Positions 38,236 through 62,790 of a stretch of DNA of 64,000 nt are shown here, piece after piece. The stretch is from Macrostomum lignano (lineage: Eukaryota): NCBI GenBank assembly GCA_002269645.1, contig NIVC01000232.1, positions 257,684-321,683 of the forward strand. Reading direction: 5' to 3'. A program made the position numbers and the translations under genes. A model generated the notes under the pieces. It did not search any database. It was not told where the DNA came from and saw only the letters and a list, made by a program, of their open reading frames with translations. Numbering within the stretch: the stretch's first letter is position 1; each line of letters starts with the position of its first letter.

Positions 38236-41200
38236 GTGGGCAGACAAGATTCAGCCATCGATCTCGCAGCTGGTCATCAAGGCTGAGGTCAATATTACGT
38301 GCAGAAAATTATCCCATTAATATAAATACTATTATGGAACTCATCAATATCGATGTTGGCCATCTCCATGGCAACAATTAATTCAAGCTTGAATCGCCGT
38401 GCATAGCCAGTGATAGAAGATCCGTCTGTATTTTTCTATCAATAGCTTGATATCCATATTTCTGCTTTCGCCTAAAAAGGAAGCCACGCAGCCCTGTTGC
38501 GTGTGGGAGTCCAGCTTAGGGGTTTGCCGCGTGATTGATCGGCTTGAAGAGGCGGAGAGACGGGATCTGGGTAGCGGGGAGGGGGAGCAGAGCTGAGAGC
38601 AAATTTTCCCATGGTTAATAAGCTGGGAGAATTCTACAATGCAGCTCAGAAGTCACGTCTAAACTGGTTTGATTAACAAAACATTTCTGACCAGCATCTT
38701 TAGAAACAATGCTGTGCCGCTAAAGACAGGTAAAGCTGCATCATTAGCCTGGAGTCTGTGAGGGCGCATTGCATTAGTTCTAGCTAAGATTTCATGGCAA
38801 TATTGACATTTTTTGCTTTTAAGAATCCTGAATAGAAAAGCAGAGTGGTTCACCTAGAAAATATTTACCTCTGTAGTGTCCAAATATTAATATTAAGAAA
38901 ATTTTGAAGAAGAGAATCTCATATTGCAAAATCTAAAAATCTCCAGAATCTTATTCTATAGAATCTCACCCTAAAGAATCTCACCCTACAGAATCTCACC
39001 CTATTTAATCTTACCCTATTTAATCTCAGCCTACAGAATCTCACCTTACAGAATCTCACCCTACAGAATCTCACCCAACAGAATCTCACCCTACAGAATG
39101 TTATCCTGCAGAATCTCACCCTATAGAATCTCACCCTACAGAATCTCACCCTACAGAGTCTCACCCTACAGATTCTCACCCTACAGAATCTCGCCCTACA
39201 GAATCTTACCCTGCAGAATCTCACTCTAAAGAATCTCACCCTACAAAATATTTTCCTAGAGAATCTCACCCTAAAGAATCTTATCCTACAGATTCTCACC
39301 CTACAGAATCTAAACCTAAAGAATCTCACCCTCCAGAATTTTACTCTAGAATCTCACCCTACAAAATCTCACTCTACAGAGTCTCACCCTACAGAATGTT
39401 ATCCTGCAGAATCTCACCCTATAGAATCTCACCCTACAGAATCTCACCCTACAGAATCTCACCCTACAGAATCTTACCCTACAGAATCTCACCCTACAGA
39501 ATGTTATCCTGCAGAATCTCACCCTAAAGAATCCCACCCTACAAAATCTTTTCCTAGAGAATCTCACCCTAAAGAATCTTATCCTACAGATTCTCACCCT
39601 ACAGAATCTAAACCTAAAGAATCTCACCCTCCAGAATTTTACCCTACAGAATCTCACCCTACAGAATCTCACCCTACAGAATCTCACCCTACAGAATCTC
39701 ACCTTACAAAATCCACTCTACAGAATCTCACCCTACAGAATCTCACCCTACAGAATCTCACCCTACAGAATCTCACCTTACAAAATCTCACTCTACAGAG
39801 TCTCACCCTACAGAATCTTCCCCTTCAGAATCTCACCCTACAGAATCTTACCCTCCAGAATCTCACCCTACAGAATTTTACTCTAGAATCTCACCCTACA
39901 GAATCTCACCCTACAGAATCTCACCCTACAAAATCTCACTCTACAGAGTCTCACCCTACAGAATGTTATCCTGCAGAATCTCACCCTACAGAATCTCACC
40001 CTACAGAATCTTCCCCTTCAGAATCTCACCCTACAGAATCTAACTCTACAGAATCTCATACTACAGAGTCTCACCCTACAGATAAGCAGAAAGGGTTGCT
40101 TTTATTGCTTTGCAGCCTCGATCGCTTCAAACACAGAAAGTAGTCCAATTTCGTTAAAATCCTATTTTATCTGCTCAATGTTAAATTATTCAAAAAATTT
40201 GCAAACGATTTCGGTCGATTGAATCTGACAGATTAAGCCCGCTGGAGTAGAATCCGGTTTCCACGATTGTAAACGGGAAGGGAAGTAAATAACAAATATC
40301 TTACAGCAAGTTTAAACTGACTAGCTAAATTTAAAACTTTAGTCAACAAGTTTGCGTTTTGCAAGTTAAATAAATATCCGTAAATGACCTGACAAACAGG
40401 CTGCACAGACACATCTGACAGACAGACTGTACAGACACACCTGACTGAAAGACAGACTGTACAGACACATCTGACAGACAGACGGTACAGACACACCTGA
40501 CTGACAGACAGACTGTACAGATACACCTGACAGACAGACAGGCTGTACAGACACACCTGACAGACAGACAGACTGTACAGACACACCTGACTGAAAGACA
40601 GACTGTACAGACACATCTGACAGACAGACGGTACAGACACACCTGACTGACAGACAGACTGTACAGATACACCTGACAGACAGACAGACTGTACAGACAC
40701 ACCTGACAGACAGACAGGCTGTACAGACACACCTGACAGACAGACAGGCTGTACAGACACACCTGACTGAAAGACAGACTGTACAGACACATCTGACAGA
40801 CAGACGGTACAGACACACCTGACTGACAGACAGACTGTACAGATACACCTGACAGACAGACAGGCTGTACAGACACACCTGACAGACAGGCTGTACAGAC
40901 ACACCTGACAGACAGGCTGTACAGACACACCTGACAGACAGGCTGTACAGACACACCTGACAGACAGGCTGTACAGACACACCTGACAGACAGGCTGTAC
41001 AGACACACCTGACAGACAGACAGACTGTACAGACACACCTAACAAACAGGCTTTACAGACACATCTGACCTGACAGACAGCCTCTACAGAAAGTTAATAC
41101 GCGTTTATAAATTAATCTGCTAAAAGAAGATATAAAAAAACGCAAAAGCTACAATGCATGCAATGGCAGAAATGCTTACCTTAAACCAAACACAATATTC

Positions 41201-42823
41201 ACCAGTGTTTAATTCAGCGCCAGTATCTTTTATCTAAAAGAAAAAAAATTAGGAGACTGAGGCTCCTGACTAAATAAATATTTTATTCCCTGGCTCAACG
41301 TCTCTCTTGATTGAAGTGGCTCAATGGTCCTTCGCTGAGTAGCTTAACCTTGTCTCTCCGGTTTTGGGCAGAAATTCTGGCTTAGGGCTTTTGCCTCTTT
41401 AAGAAAACATTGAGGATATCAGTTGCAGCTTGGGAAGGTGTAGGATGGGCTCTAAAGAGAAGAGATCCGCAGCATTCCCAAATAGGAAAAGGGATATTGG
41501 GGATCTGAGGGGGAGACCGATTCAGCAAGACTGCACTGATTGGATCAGAGCCCGAGCCCGAGGTTTATGGGAAAAAGCTTTTATTTGTATAGCATTTTTA
41601 TCTGACTTTTTGCTCAGCCAATCTGAAGCGCTCGCACAGGGTGTACACCGGTGCCCTGACTTTCTCATCAACAGACAGCTTGTGTACACTCACTCTACCT
41701 GCGCCCTGGGTTTTGGGCCCCAAGAATCGGGTCATTTTTAGTTCGAGACTCGAGTACCAAAAGCATTTCCAGACGTCAGGGAATGCCGATTTAGAGATAT
41801 CTGCTAAAATTTAGCGCCAATTTAGCGCCACATGATAAATTTGAGCGCCAATTTAGCGCCACATGATAAATTTTAGCGCCAATTTAGAGCCACAGAATAG
41901 AGTTTTGGCGCCAATTTTGCGTCACATGATAAACTTAAGCGCCAATTTAAAGCCACAGAATAGAGTTTTGGCGCCAATTTTGCGTCACATGATAAACTTA
42001 AGCGCCAATTTAGTGCCACAGAATAGAGTTTTGGCGCCAATTTTGCGTCACATGATAAACTTAAGCGCCAATTTAAAGCCACAGAATAGAGTTTTGGCGC
42101 CAATTTTGTGTCACATGATAAACTTAAGCGCCAATTTAGAGCCACAGAATAGAGTTTTGGCGCCAATATATCGCCATCTGCAAGATTTTAGCGCCATTTT
42201 AGCGTCATCTGCTAAAGTTTAGCGCCATCTGCTAGACTTTAGCGTCGCCAATGCTAAATTTTAGCGCCAATTTAAAGCCACAGAATAGAGTTTTGGCGCC
42301 AATTTGGCGCTAACTACGAGTCAATTTAAAGTTAAACTTTTCCTGCCTAAAACTAAATCATAATTTTTGTTAGAAGTTTATCTGCTTTGCTTTAAGATTT
42401 ATTTTACTAGAAGACTCTCTAGTTTGAAGTTTTACGCGTCAAAGCAGGATACTGAAGGCTCGTGATTAAAGTATAGTAAAGTAGACTCGCAGTAGTTCTA
42501 CTTTACAATACAAATGTAATGAACATACAAGGTACACACAAATATAAGTATTAGAGTATTTAAAGAGGGCCTGGATTTTGTTCCACAAGTGTCAATCAAA
42601 GTGGAAATTTCTGTTGACATTGTTTCAGAATGCAATTCTGACAAGCCATCATTGCAAGGGGCTCTCATACTTCGGCTGCTATACTGCTAGTCTATACTAA
42701 ACACCGTGAATTGCAAGGGTGCTCAGACAATTCGCCAATTTGGATACTTAATACATGGATGGATGCAAACACAGACAGAACTTATAAGTTTTTAACAAAT
42801 TCAGATTCAACTAACAGCCAACT
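38236..42823. repeat. Composite macrosatellite unit, copy 1 (4588 bp)
   Basis: Unique segments alternate with a 15-bp (cagaatctcacccta) array 38945-40082, a GACA-derived ctgtacagacacacctga array 40388-41085 and a 63-bp agcgccaatt array 41805-42310. Confidence 0.95.
40190..41803 (-). other. Candidate spliced transcription unit within the macrosatellite (also in copies 2 and 3)
   Basis: Putative exons 41803-41694, 41233-41180, 40324-40305 and 40241-40190 (TGA) join in frame; AATAAA at 40106-40101. No homology recognised. Confidence 0.3.
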
Positions 42824-45642
<2,819 letters not shown>

Positions 45643-48600
45643 GTGGGCAGACAAGATTCAGCCATCGATCTCGCAGCTGGTCATCAAGGCTGAGGTCAAT
45701 ATTACGTGCAGAAAATTATCCCAATAATATAAATACTATTATGGAACTCATCAATATCGATGTTGGCCATCTCCATGGCAACAATTAATTCAAGCTTGAA
45801 TCGCCGTGCATAGCCAGTGATAGAAGATCCGTCTGTATTTTTCTATCAATAGCTTGATATCCATATTTCTGCTTTCGCCTAAAAAGGAAGCCACGCAGCC
45901 CTGTTGCGTGTGGGAGTCCAGCTTAGGGGTTTGCCGCGTGATTGATCGGCTTGAAGAGGCGGAGAGACGGGATCTGGGTAGCGGGGAGGGGAGCAGAGCT
46001 GAGAGCAAATTTTCCCATGGTTAATAAGCTGGGAGAATTCTACAATGCAGCTCAGAAGTCACGTCTAAACTGGTTTGATTAACAAAACATTTCTGACCAG
46101 CATCTTTAGAAACAATGCTGTGCCGCTAAAGACAGGTAAAGCTGCATCATTAGCCTGGAGTCTGTGAGGGCGCATTGCATTAGTTCTAGCTAAGATTTCA
46201 TGGCAATATTGACATTTTTTGCTTTTAAGAATCCTGAATAGAAAAGCAGAGTGGTTCACCTAGAAAATATTTACCTCTGTAGTGTCCAAATATTAATATT
46301 AAGAAAATTTTGAAGAAGAGAATCTCATATTGCAAAATCTAAAAATCTCCAGAATCTTATTCTATAGAATCTCACCCTAAAGAATCTCACCCTACAGAAT
46401 CTCACCCTATTTAATCTTACCCTATTTAATCTCAGCCTACAGAATCTCACCTTACAGAATCTCACCCTACAGAATCTCACCCAACAGAATCTCACCCTAT
46501 AGAATCTCACCCTACAGAATCTCACCCTACAGAGTCTCACCCTACAGATTCTCACCCTACAGAATCTCGCCCTACAGAATCTTACCCTGCAGAATCTCAC
46601 TCTAAAGAATCTCACCCTACAAAATATTTTCCTAGAGAATCTCACCCTAAAGAATCTTATCCTACAGATTCTCACCCTACAGAATCTAAACCTAAAGAAT
46701 CTCACCCTCCAGAATTTTACTCTAGAATCTCACCCTACAAAATCTCACTCTACAGAGTCTCACCCTACAGAATGTTATCCTGCAGAATCTCACCCTATAG
46801 AATCTCACCCTACAGAATCTCACCCTACAGAATCTCACCCTACAGAATCTTACCCTACAGAATCTCACCCTACAGAATGTTATCCTGCAGAATCTCACCC
46901 TAAAGAATCCCACCCTACAAAATCTTTTCCTAGAGAATCTCACCCTAAAGAATCTTATCCTACAGATTCTCACCCTACAGAATCTAAACCTAAAGAATCT
47001 CACCCTCCAGAATTTTACCCTACAGAATCTCACCCTACAGAATCTCACCCTACAGAATCTCACCCTACAGAATCTCACCTTACAAAATCCCACTCTACAG
47101 AATCTCACCCTACAGAATCTCACCCTACAGAATCTCACCCTACAGAATCTCACCTTACAAAATCTCACTCTACAGAGTCTCACCCTACAGAATCTTCCCC
47201 TTCAGAATCTCACCCTACAGAATCTTACCCTCCAGAATCTCACCCTACAGAATTTTACTCTAGAATCTCACCCTACAGAATCTCACCCTACAGAATCTCA
47301 CCCTACAAAATCTCACTCTACAGAGTCTCACCCTACAGAATGTTATCCTGCAGAATCTCACCCTACAGAATCTCACCCTACAGAATCTTCCCCTTCAGAA
47401 TCTCACCCTACAGAATCTAACTCTACAGAATCTCATACTACAGAGTCTCACCCTACAGATAAGCAGAAAGGGTTGCTTTTATTGCTTTGCAGCCTCGATC
47501 GCTTCAAACACAGAAAGTAGTCCAATTTCGTTAAAATCCTATTTTATCTGCTCAATGTTAAATTATTCAAAAAATTTGCAAACGATTTCGGTCGATTGAA
47601 TCTGACAGATTAAGCCCGCTGGAGTAGAATCCGGTTTCCACGATTGTAAACGGGGAAGGGAAGTAAATAACAAATATCTTACAGCAAGTTTAAACTGACT
47701 AGCTAAATTTAAAACTTTAGTCAACAAGTTTGCGTTTTGCAAGTTAAATAAATATCCGTAAATGACCTGACAAACAGGCTGCACAGACACATCTGACAGA
47801 CAGACTGTACAGACACACCTGACTGAAAGACAGACTGTACAGACACATCTGACAGACAGACGGTACAGACACACCTGACTGACAGACAGACTGTACAGAT
47901 ACACCTGACAGACAGACAGGCTGTACAGACACACCTGACAGACAGACAGACTGTACAGACACACCTGACTGAAAGACAGACTGTACAGACACATCTGACA
48001 GACAGACGGTACAGACACACCTGACTGACAGACAGACTGTACAGATACACCTGACAGACAGACAGACTGTACAGACACACCTGACAGACAGACAGGCTGT
48101 ACAGACACACCTGACAGACAGACAGGCTGTACAGACACACCTGACTGAAAGACAGACTGTACAGACACATCTGACAGACAGACGGTACAGACACACCTGA
48201 CTGACAGACAGACTGTACAGATACACCTGACAGACAGACAGGCTGTACAGACACACCTGACAGACAGGCTGTACAGACACACCTGACAGACAGGCTGTAC
48301 AGACACACCTGACAGACAGGCTGTACAGACACACCTGACAGACAGGCTGTACAGACACACCTGACAGACAGGCTGTACAGACACACCTGACAGACAGACA
48401 GACTGTACAGACACACCTAACAAACAGGCTTTACAGACACATCTGACCTGACAGACAGCCTCTACAGAAAGTTAATACGCGTTTATAAATTAATCTGCTA
48501 AAAGAAGATATAAAAAAACGCAAAAGCTACAATGCATGCAATGGCAGAAATGCTTACCTTAAACCAAACACAATATTCACCAGTGTTTAATTCAGCGCCA

Positions 48601-50201
48601 GTATCTTTTATCTAAAAGAAAAAAAATTAGGAGACTGAGGCTCCTGACTAAATAAATATTTTATTCCCTGGCTCAACGTCTCTCTTGATTGAAGTGGCTC
48701 AATGGTCCTTCGCTGAGTAGCTTAACCTTGTCTCTCCGGTTTTGGGCAGAAATTCTGGCTTAGGGCTTTTGCCTCTTTAAGAAAACATTGAGGATATCAG
48801 TTGCAGCTTGGGAAGGTGTAGGATGGGCTCTAAAGAGAAGAGATCCGCAGCATTCCCAAATAGGAAAAGGGATATTGGGGATCTGAGGGGGAGACCGATT
48901 CAGCAAGACTGCACTGATTGGATCAGAGCCCGAGCCCGAGGTTTATGGGAAAAAGCTTTTATTTGTATAGCATTTTTATCTGACTTTTTGCTCAGCCAAT
49001 CTGAAGCGCTCGCACAGGGTGTACACCGGTGCCCTGACTTTCTCATCAACAGACAGCTTGTGTACACTCACTCTACCTGCGCCCTGGGTTTTGGGCCCCA
49101 AGAATCGGGTCATTTTTAGTTCGAGACTCGAGTACCAAAAGCATTTCCAGACGTCAGGGAATGCCGATTTAGAGATATCTGCTAAAATTTAGCGCCAATT
49201 TAGCGCCACATGATAAATTTGAGCGCCAATTTAGCGCCACATGATAAATTTTAGCGCCAATTTAGAGCCACAGAATAGAGTTTTGGCGCCAATTTTGCGT
49301 CACATGATAAACTTAAGCGCCAATTTAAAGCCACAGAATAGAGTTTTGGCGCCAATTTTGCGTCACATGATAAACTTAAGCGCCAATTTAGTGCCACAGA
49401 ATAGAGTTTTGGCGCCAATTTTGCGTCACATGATAAACTTAAGCGCCAATTTAAAGCCACAGAATAGAGTTTTGGCGCCAATTTTGTGTCACATGATAAA
49501 CTTAAGCGCCAATTTAGAGCCACAGAATAGAGTTTTGGCGCCAATATATCGCCATCTGCAAGATTTTAGCGCCATTTTAGCGTCATCTGCTAAAGTTTAG
49601 CGCCATCTGCTAGACTTTAGCGTCGCCAATGCTAAATTTTAGCGCCAATTTAAAGCCACAGAATAGAGTTTTGGCGCCAATTTGGCGCTAACTACGAGTC
49701 AATTTAAAGTTAAACTTTTCCTGCCTAAAACTAAATCATAATTTTTGTTAGAAGTTTATCTGCTTTGCTTTAAGATTTATTTTACTAGAAGACTCTCTAG
49801 TTTGAAGTTTTACGCGTCAAAGCAGGATACTGAAGGCTCGTGATTAAAGTATAGTAAAGTAGACTCGCAGTAGTTCTACTTTACAATACAAATGTAATGA
49901 ACATACAAGGTACACACAAATATAAGTATTAGAGTATTTAAAGAGGGCCTGGATTTTGTTCCACAAGTGTCAATCAAAGTGGAAATTTCTGTTGACATTG
50001 TTTCAGAATGCAATTCTGACAAGCCATCATTGCAAGGGGCTCTCATACTTCGGCTGCTATACTGCTAGTCTATACTAAACACCGTGAATTGCAAGGGTGC
50101 TCAGACAATTCGCCAATTTGGATACTTAATACATGGATGGATGCAAACACAGACAGAACTTATAAGTTTTTAACAAATTCAGATTCAACTAACAGCCAAC
50201 T
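45643..50201. repeat. Composite macrosatellite unit, copy 2 (4559 bp), near-identical to copy 1
   Basis: Same start (gtgggcagacaagattcagcc) and end (ttcaactaacagccaact); ORF-track peptides duplicated at offsets 7406 to 7378. Confidence 0.95.
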
Positions 50202-55923
<5,722 letters not shown>

Positions 55924-55925
55924 CT

Positions 55926-57379
<1,454 letters not shown>

Positions 57380-60300
57380 GTGGGCAGACAAGATTCAGCC
57401 ATCGATCTCGCAGCTGGTCATCAAGGCTGAGGTCAATATTACGTGCAGAAAATTATCCCATTAATATAAATACTATCATGGAACTCATCAATATCGATTT
57501 TGGCCATCTCCATGGCAACAATTAATTCAAGCTTGAATCGCCGTGCATAGCCAGTGATAGAAGATCCGTCTGTATTTTTCTATCAATAGCTTGATATCCA
57601 TATTTCTGCTTTCGCCTAAAAAGGAAGCCACGCAGCCCTGTTGCGTGTGGGAGTCCAGCTTAGGGGTTTGCCGCGTGATTGATCGGCTTGAAGAGGCGGA
57701 GAGACGGGATCTGGGTAGCGGGGAGGGGGAGCAGAGCTGAGAGCAAATTTTCCCATGGTTAATAAGCTGGGAGAATTCTACAATGCAGCTCAGAAGTCAC
57801 GTCTAAACTGGTTTGATTAACAAAACATTTCTGACCAGCATCTTTAGAAACAATGCTGTGCCGCTAAAGACAGGTAAAGCTGCATCATTAGCCTGGAGTC
57901 TGTGAGGGCGCATTGCATTAGTTCTAGCTGAGATTTCATGGCAATATTGACATTTTTTGCTTTTAAGAATCCTGAATAGAAAAGCTGACTGGTTCACCTA
58001 GAAAATATTTACCTCTGTAGTGTCCAAATATTAAAATTAAGAAAATTTTGAATAAGAGAATCTCATTTTGCAAAATCCCCAAATCTCCAGAATCTTATTC
58101 TACAGAATCTCACCCTACAGAATCTCACCCTAAAGAATCTCACCCTATTTAATCTCACCCTACAGAATCTCACCCAACAGAATCTCACCCAACAGAATCT
58201 CACCCTACAGAATCTCACCCTACAGAATCTCACCCTACAGAATCTCACCCTACAGAATCTTACCCTACAGAATCTTTTCCCAGAGAATCTCACCCTAAAG
58301 AATATTATCCTACAGATTCTCACCCTGCAGAATCTAAACCTAAAGAATCTCACCCTCCAGAATTTTACCCTACAGAATCTTACCCTACAGAATCTTACCC
58401 TCCAGAATCTTACCCTCCAGAAACTTACCCTACAGAATCTTACCCTCCAGAATCTTACCCTCCAGAATCTGACTCTACAGAATCTCATACAGAGTCTCAC
58501 CCTGCAGATAAGCAGAAAGGGTTGCTTTTATTGTTTTGCAGCCTCGATCGCTTCAAACACAGAAAGTAGTCCAATTTCGTTAAAATCCTATTTTATCTGC
58601 TCAATGTTAAATTATTCAAAAAATTTGCAAACTATTTCGGTCGATTGAATCTGTCAGATTGAGTCCGCTAGAATGAAATCCGGTTCCACGATTGTAAACA
58701 GGGAAGGAAGTAAATAACAAATTTCTTACAGCAAGTTAAAACTGACTAGCTAAATTTAAAATTTTAGTCAACAAGTTTGCGTTTTGCAAGTTAAATTAAT
58801 ATCCGAAAATGACCTGACAGGCAGGCTGTACAGACACACCTGACAGACAGGCTGTACAGACACACCTGACAGACAGGCTGTACAGACACATCTGACAGAC
58901 AGGCTGTACAGACACACCTGACTGACAGGCTGTACAGACACATCTGACAGACAGACTGTACAGACACGCCTGACAGACAGACAGGCTGTACAGACACATC
59001 TGACAGACAGACTGTACAGAAACGCCTGACAGACAGGCTGTACAGACACATCTGACAGACAGACAGGCTGTACAGACACATCTGACAGACAGACTGTACA
59101 GACACATCTGACAGACAGGCTGTACAGACACGCCTGACAGACAGGCTGTACAGACACATCTGACAGACAGGCTGTACAGACACACCTGACAGACAGACAG
59201 GCTGTACAGACACGCCTGACAGACAGACAGGCTGTACAGACACATCTGACAGACAGACTGTACAGACACGCCTGACAGACAGACTGTACAGACACACCTG
59301 ACAGACAGGCTGTACAGACACACCTGACAGACAGGCTGTACAGACACATCTGACAGACAGGCTGTACAGACACACCTGACAGACAGACAGGCTGTACAGA
59401 CACGCCTGACAGACAGACAGGCTGTACAGACACATCTGACAGACAGACTGTACAGACACGCCTGACAGACAGACTGTACAGACACACCTGACAGACAGGC
59501 TGTACAGACACATCTGACAGACAGACAGCCTCTACAGAAAGTTAATACGCGTTTATAAATTAATCTGCTAAAAGAAGATATACAAAATCGCAAAAGCTAC
59601 AATGCATGCAATGGCATGCAGAAATGCTTACCTTAAACCAAACACAATATTCACCAGTGTTTAATTTAGCGGCAGTATCTTTTATCTAAAAGAAAAAAAA
59701 GTAGGATACCGAGGCTCCTGACTAAATAAATATTTTATTCCCTGGCTCAACGTCTCTCTTGATTGAAGTGGCTCAATGGTCCTTCGCTGAGTAGCTTAAC
59801 CTTGTCTCTCCGGTTTTGGGTAGAAATTCTGGCTTAGGGATTTTGCCTCTTTAAGAAAACATAGAGGATATCAGTTGCAGCTTGGGAAGGTGCAGGATGG
59901 GCTCTACAGAGAAGAGATCCGCAGCATTCCCAAATAGGAAAAGGGATATTGGGGATCTGAGGGGGAGACCGATTCAGCAAGACTGCACTGATTGGATCAG
60001 AGCCCGAGCCCGAGGTTTATGGGAAAAAGCTTTTATTTGTATAGCATTTTTATCTGAAATTTTGCTCAGCCAATCTGAAGCGCTCGCACAGGGTGTACAG
60101 CGGTGCCCTGACTTTCTCATCAACAGACAGCTTGTGTACACTCTACCTGCGCCCTGGGTTTTGGGCCCCAATAATCGGGTCATTTTTAGTTCGAGACTCG
60201 AGTACCAAAAGCATTTCCAGACGTCAGGGAATGCCGATTTAGAGATATCTGCTAAAATTTAGCGCCAATTTAGCGCCACATGATAAATTTTAGCGCCAAT

Positions 60301-60885
60301 TTAGCGCCACATGATAAATTTTAGCGCCAATTTAGAGCCACAGAATAGAGTTTTGGCGCCAAATTGGCGCTAACTACGAGTCAATTTAAATTTTTACTTT
60401 TCCTGCCTAAAACTAAATCATAATTTTTGTTAGAAGTTCATAGGCTTTGCTTCAAGATTTATTCTACTAGAAGACTCTTTAGTTTGAAGTTTTACGTGTC
60501 AAAGCAGGATACTGAAGGCTCGTGATTAAAGTATAGTAAATTAGACTCGCAGTAGTTCTACTTTACAATACAAATGTAATGAACATACAAGGTACACACA
60601 AATATAAGTATTAGAGTATTTAAAGAGGGCCTGGATTTTGTTCCACAAGTGTCAATCAAAGTGGAAATTTCTGTTGACATTGTTTCAGAATGCAATTCTG
60701 ACAAGCCATCATTGCAAGGGGCTCTCATACTTCGGCTGCTATACTGCTAGTCTATACTCTAAACACCGTGAATTGCATGGCTGCTCAGACAACTCGCCAA
60801 TTTGGATACTTAATACATGGATGGATGCAAACACAGACAGAACTTATAAGTTTTTAACAAATTCAGATTCAACTAACAGCCAACT
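57380..60885. repeat. Composite macrosatellite unit, copy 3 (3506 bp), diverged, with shorter internal arrays
   Basis: Same termini and unique segments, with many substitutions and small indels; all three internal arrays differ in length or variant content. Confidence 0.95.
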
Positions 60886-60888
60886 GAC

Positions 60889-60931
<43 letters not shown>

Positions 60932-60950
60932 CAGATAGATAGATAGATAA

Positions 60951-61031
<81 letters not shown>

Positions 61032-61086
61032 CAGATAGATAGATAGATAGATAGTTAGATAGATAGATAGATAGATAGATAGATAT

Positions 61087-61142
<56 letters not shown>

Positions 61143-61174
61143 TTAGATAGATAGATAGATAGATAGATAGATAT

Positions 61175-61230
<56 letters not shown>

Positions 61231-61235
61231 ATAGA
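60886..61235. repeat. (GATA)n array 5
   Basis: ~350 bp, more degenerate. Confidence 0.97.
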
Positions 61236-61589
61236 TTGCAAACTGTAGGTTTTCAGGGATTAAGATTGGAACCGAAAAAAGCATTTTTAGCTTTTGAATG
61301 CAATTTTCAAAGTCAAGATTCAGTTGGTCATATTATAATTTTTTCTTTAATACTTTCAATTTCAAAGGCCCATTGAATTTCTATTCAGACTATAGCGTTT
61401 CATTAGCAGCTTCTTGGACTGAATGGATGCCTGATCCCAATTCAAATGGGAAATATGAATAATGAATTAATAGAATGGACAAAAATGACTATAACTTTAA
61501 ATTGTACATACAACTTCTGATGGGGCACTGCATCAGGTCCACTAGATTTTCCAGCTAATTTTTGTAATACCATATCAGTGGGCAATAAC

Positions 61590-62790
61590 AGAGAATCTCA
61601 TCAGGAGAATCTCATCAGGAGAATCTCATCAGGAGAATCTTAGAGGGAGAATCTTAGAGGGAAAATCTCAGAAGGAGAATCTCAGAGGAAGAATCACAGA
61701 GGGAGAATCTCACCAGGAGAATCTCAGAAGGAGAATCTCAGCGGGAGAATCTCAGAAGGAGAATATCAGGAGGAGAATCTCAGAAGGAGAATCTCAGAGG
61801 GAGAATCTCAGAAGGAGAATATCAGGAGGAGAATCTCAGAAGGAGAATCTCAGAGGGAGAATCTCAGAAGGAGAATCTCAGAGGGAGAATCTCAGAAGGA
61901 GAATCTCAGAGGGAGAATCTCAAAGGAGGAATCTCAGCGGGAGAATCTCAGAAGGAGAATCTCAGAGGAAGAATCACAGAGGGAGAATCTCAGAGGGAGA
62001 ATCTCAGAGGGAGAATCTCAGAGGGAGAATCTCAGCGGGAGAATCTTAGAAGGAGAATCTCAAAGGAGGAATCTCAGAGGGAGAAGCTCAGGGGAAGAAT
62101 CTCAGAAGGAGAATCTCAGAGGAAGAATCACAGAGGGAGAATCTCATCAGGAGAATCTCAGAAGGAGAATCTCAGAGGGAGAATCTCAAAGGAGGAATCT
62201 CAGCGGGAGAATCTCAGAAGGAGAATCTCAGAGGAAGAATCACAGAGGGAGAATCTCAGAGGGAGAATCTCAGAGGGAGAATCTCAGCGGGAGAATCTTA
62301 GAAGGAGAATCTCAAAGGAGGAATCTCAGAGGGAGAAGCTCAGGGGAAGAATCTCAGAAGGAGAATCTCAGAGGAAGAATCACAGAGGGAGAATCTCAGA
62401 GGGAGAATCTCAGAGGAAGAATCACAGAGGGAGAATCTCATCAGGAGAATCTTAGAAGGAGAATCTCAAAGGAGGAATCTCAGAGGGAGGAAGCTCAGGG
62501 GAAGAATCTCAGAAGGAGAATCTCAGAGGAAGAATCACAGAGGGAGAATCTCATCAGGAGAATCTCAGAAGGAGAATCTCAGGAGAATCTCAGAAGGAGA
62601 ATCTCAGAAGGAGAATCTCAGAAGGAGAATCTCAGCGGGAGAATCTCAGCGGGAGAGAATCTCAGAAGGAGAATCTCAGGAGGAGAATCTCAGAAGGAGA
62701 ATCTCAGAGGGAGAATCTCAAAGGAGGAATCTCAGCGGGAGAATCTCAGAGGGAGAATCTCAGAGGGAGAATCTCAGAGGGAGAATCTCA
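61590..62790. repeat. 15-bp (ggagaatctcagagg) minisatellite
   Basis: About 80 variant units with block duplications. Confidence 0.95.

Noticed and set aside
38659-38853. CQYC-x12-H as a C2H2 zinc finger
   Set aside because: The second His/Cys ligand is absent; the ORF is short with a non-ATG start.
41625-41680. Box C/D snoRNA (TGATGA...CTGA on minus) and a Pol III A/B box pair at ~41315/41742
   Set aside because: No convincing terminal stem or recognisable rRNA guide; the A and B boxes are ~400 bp apart.
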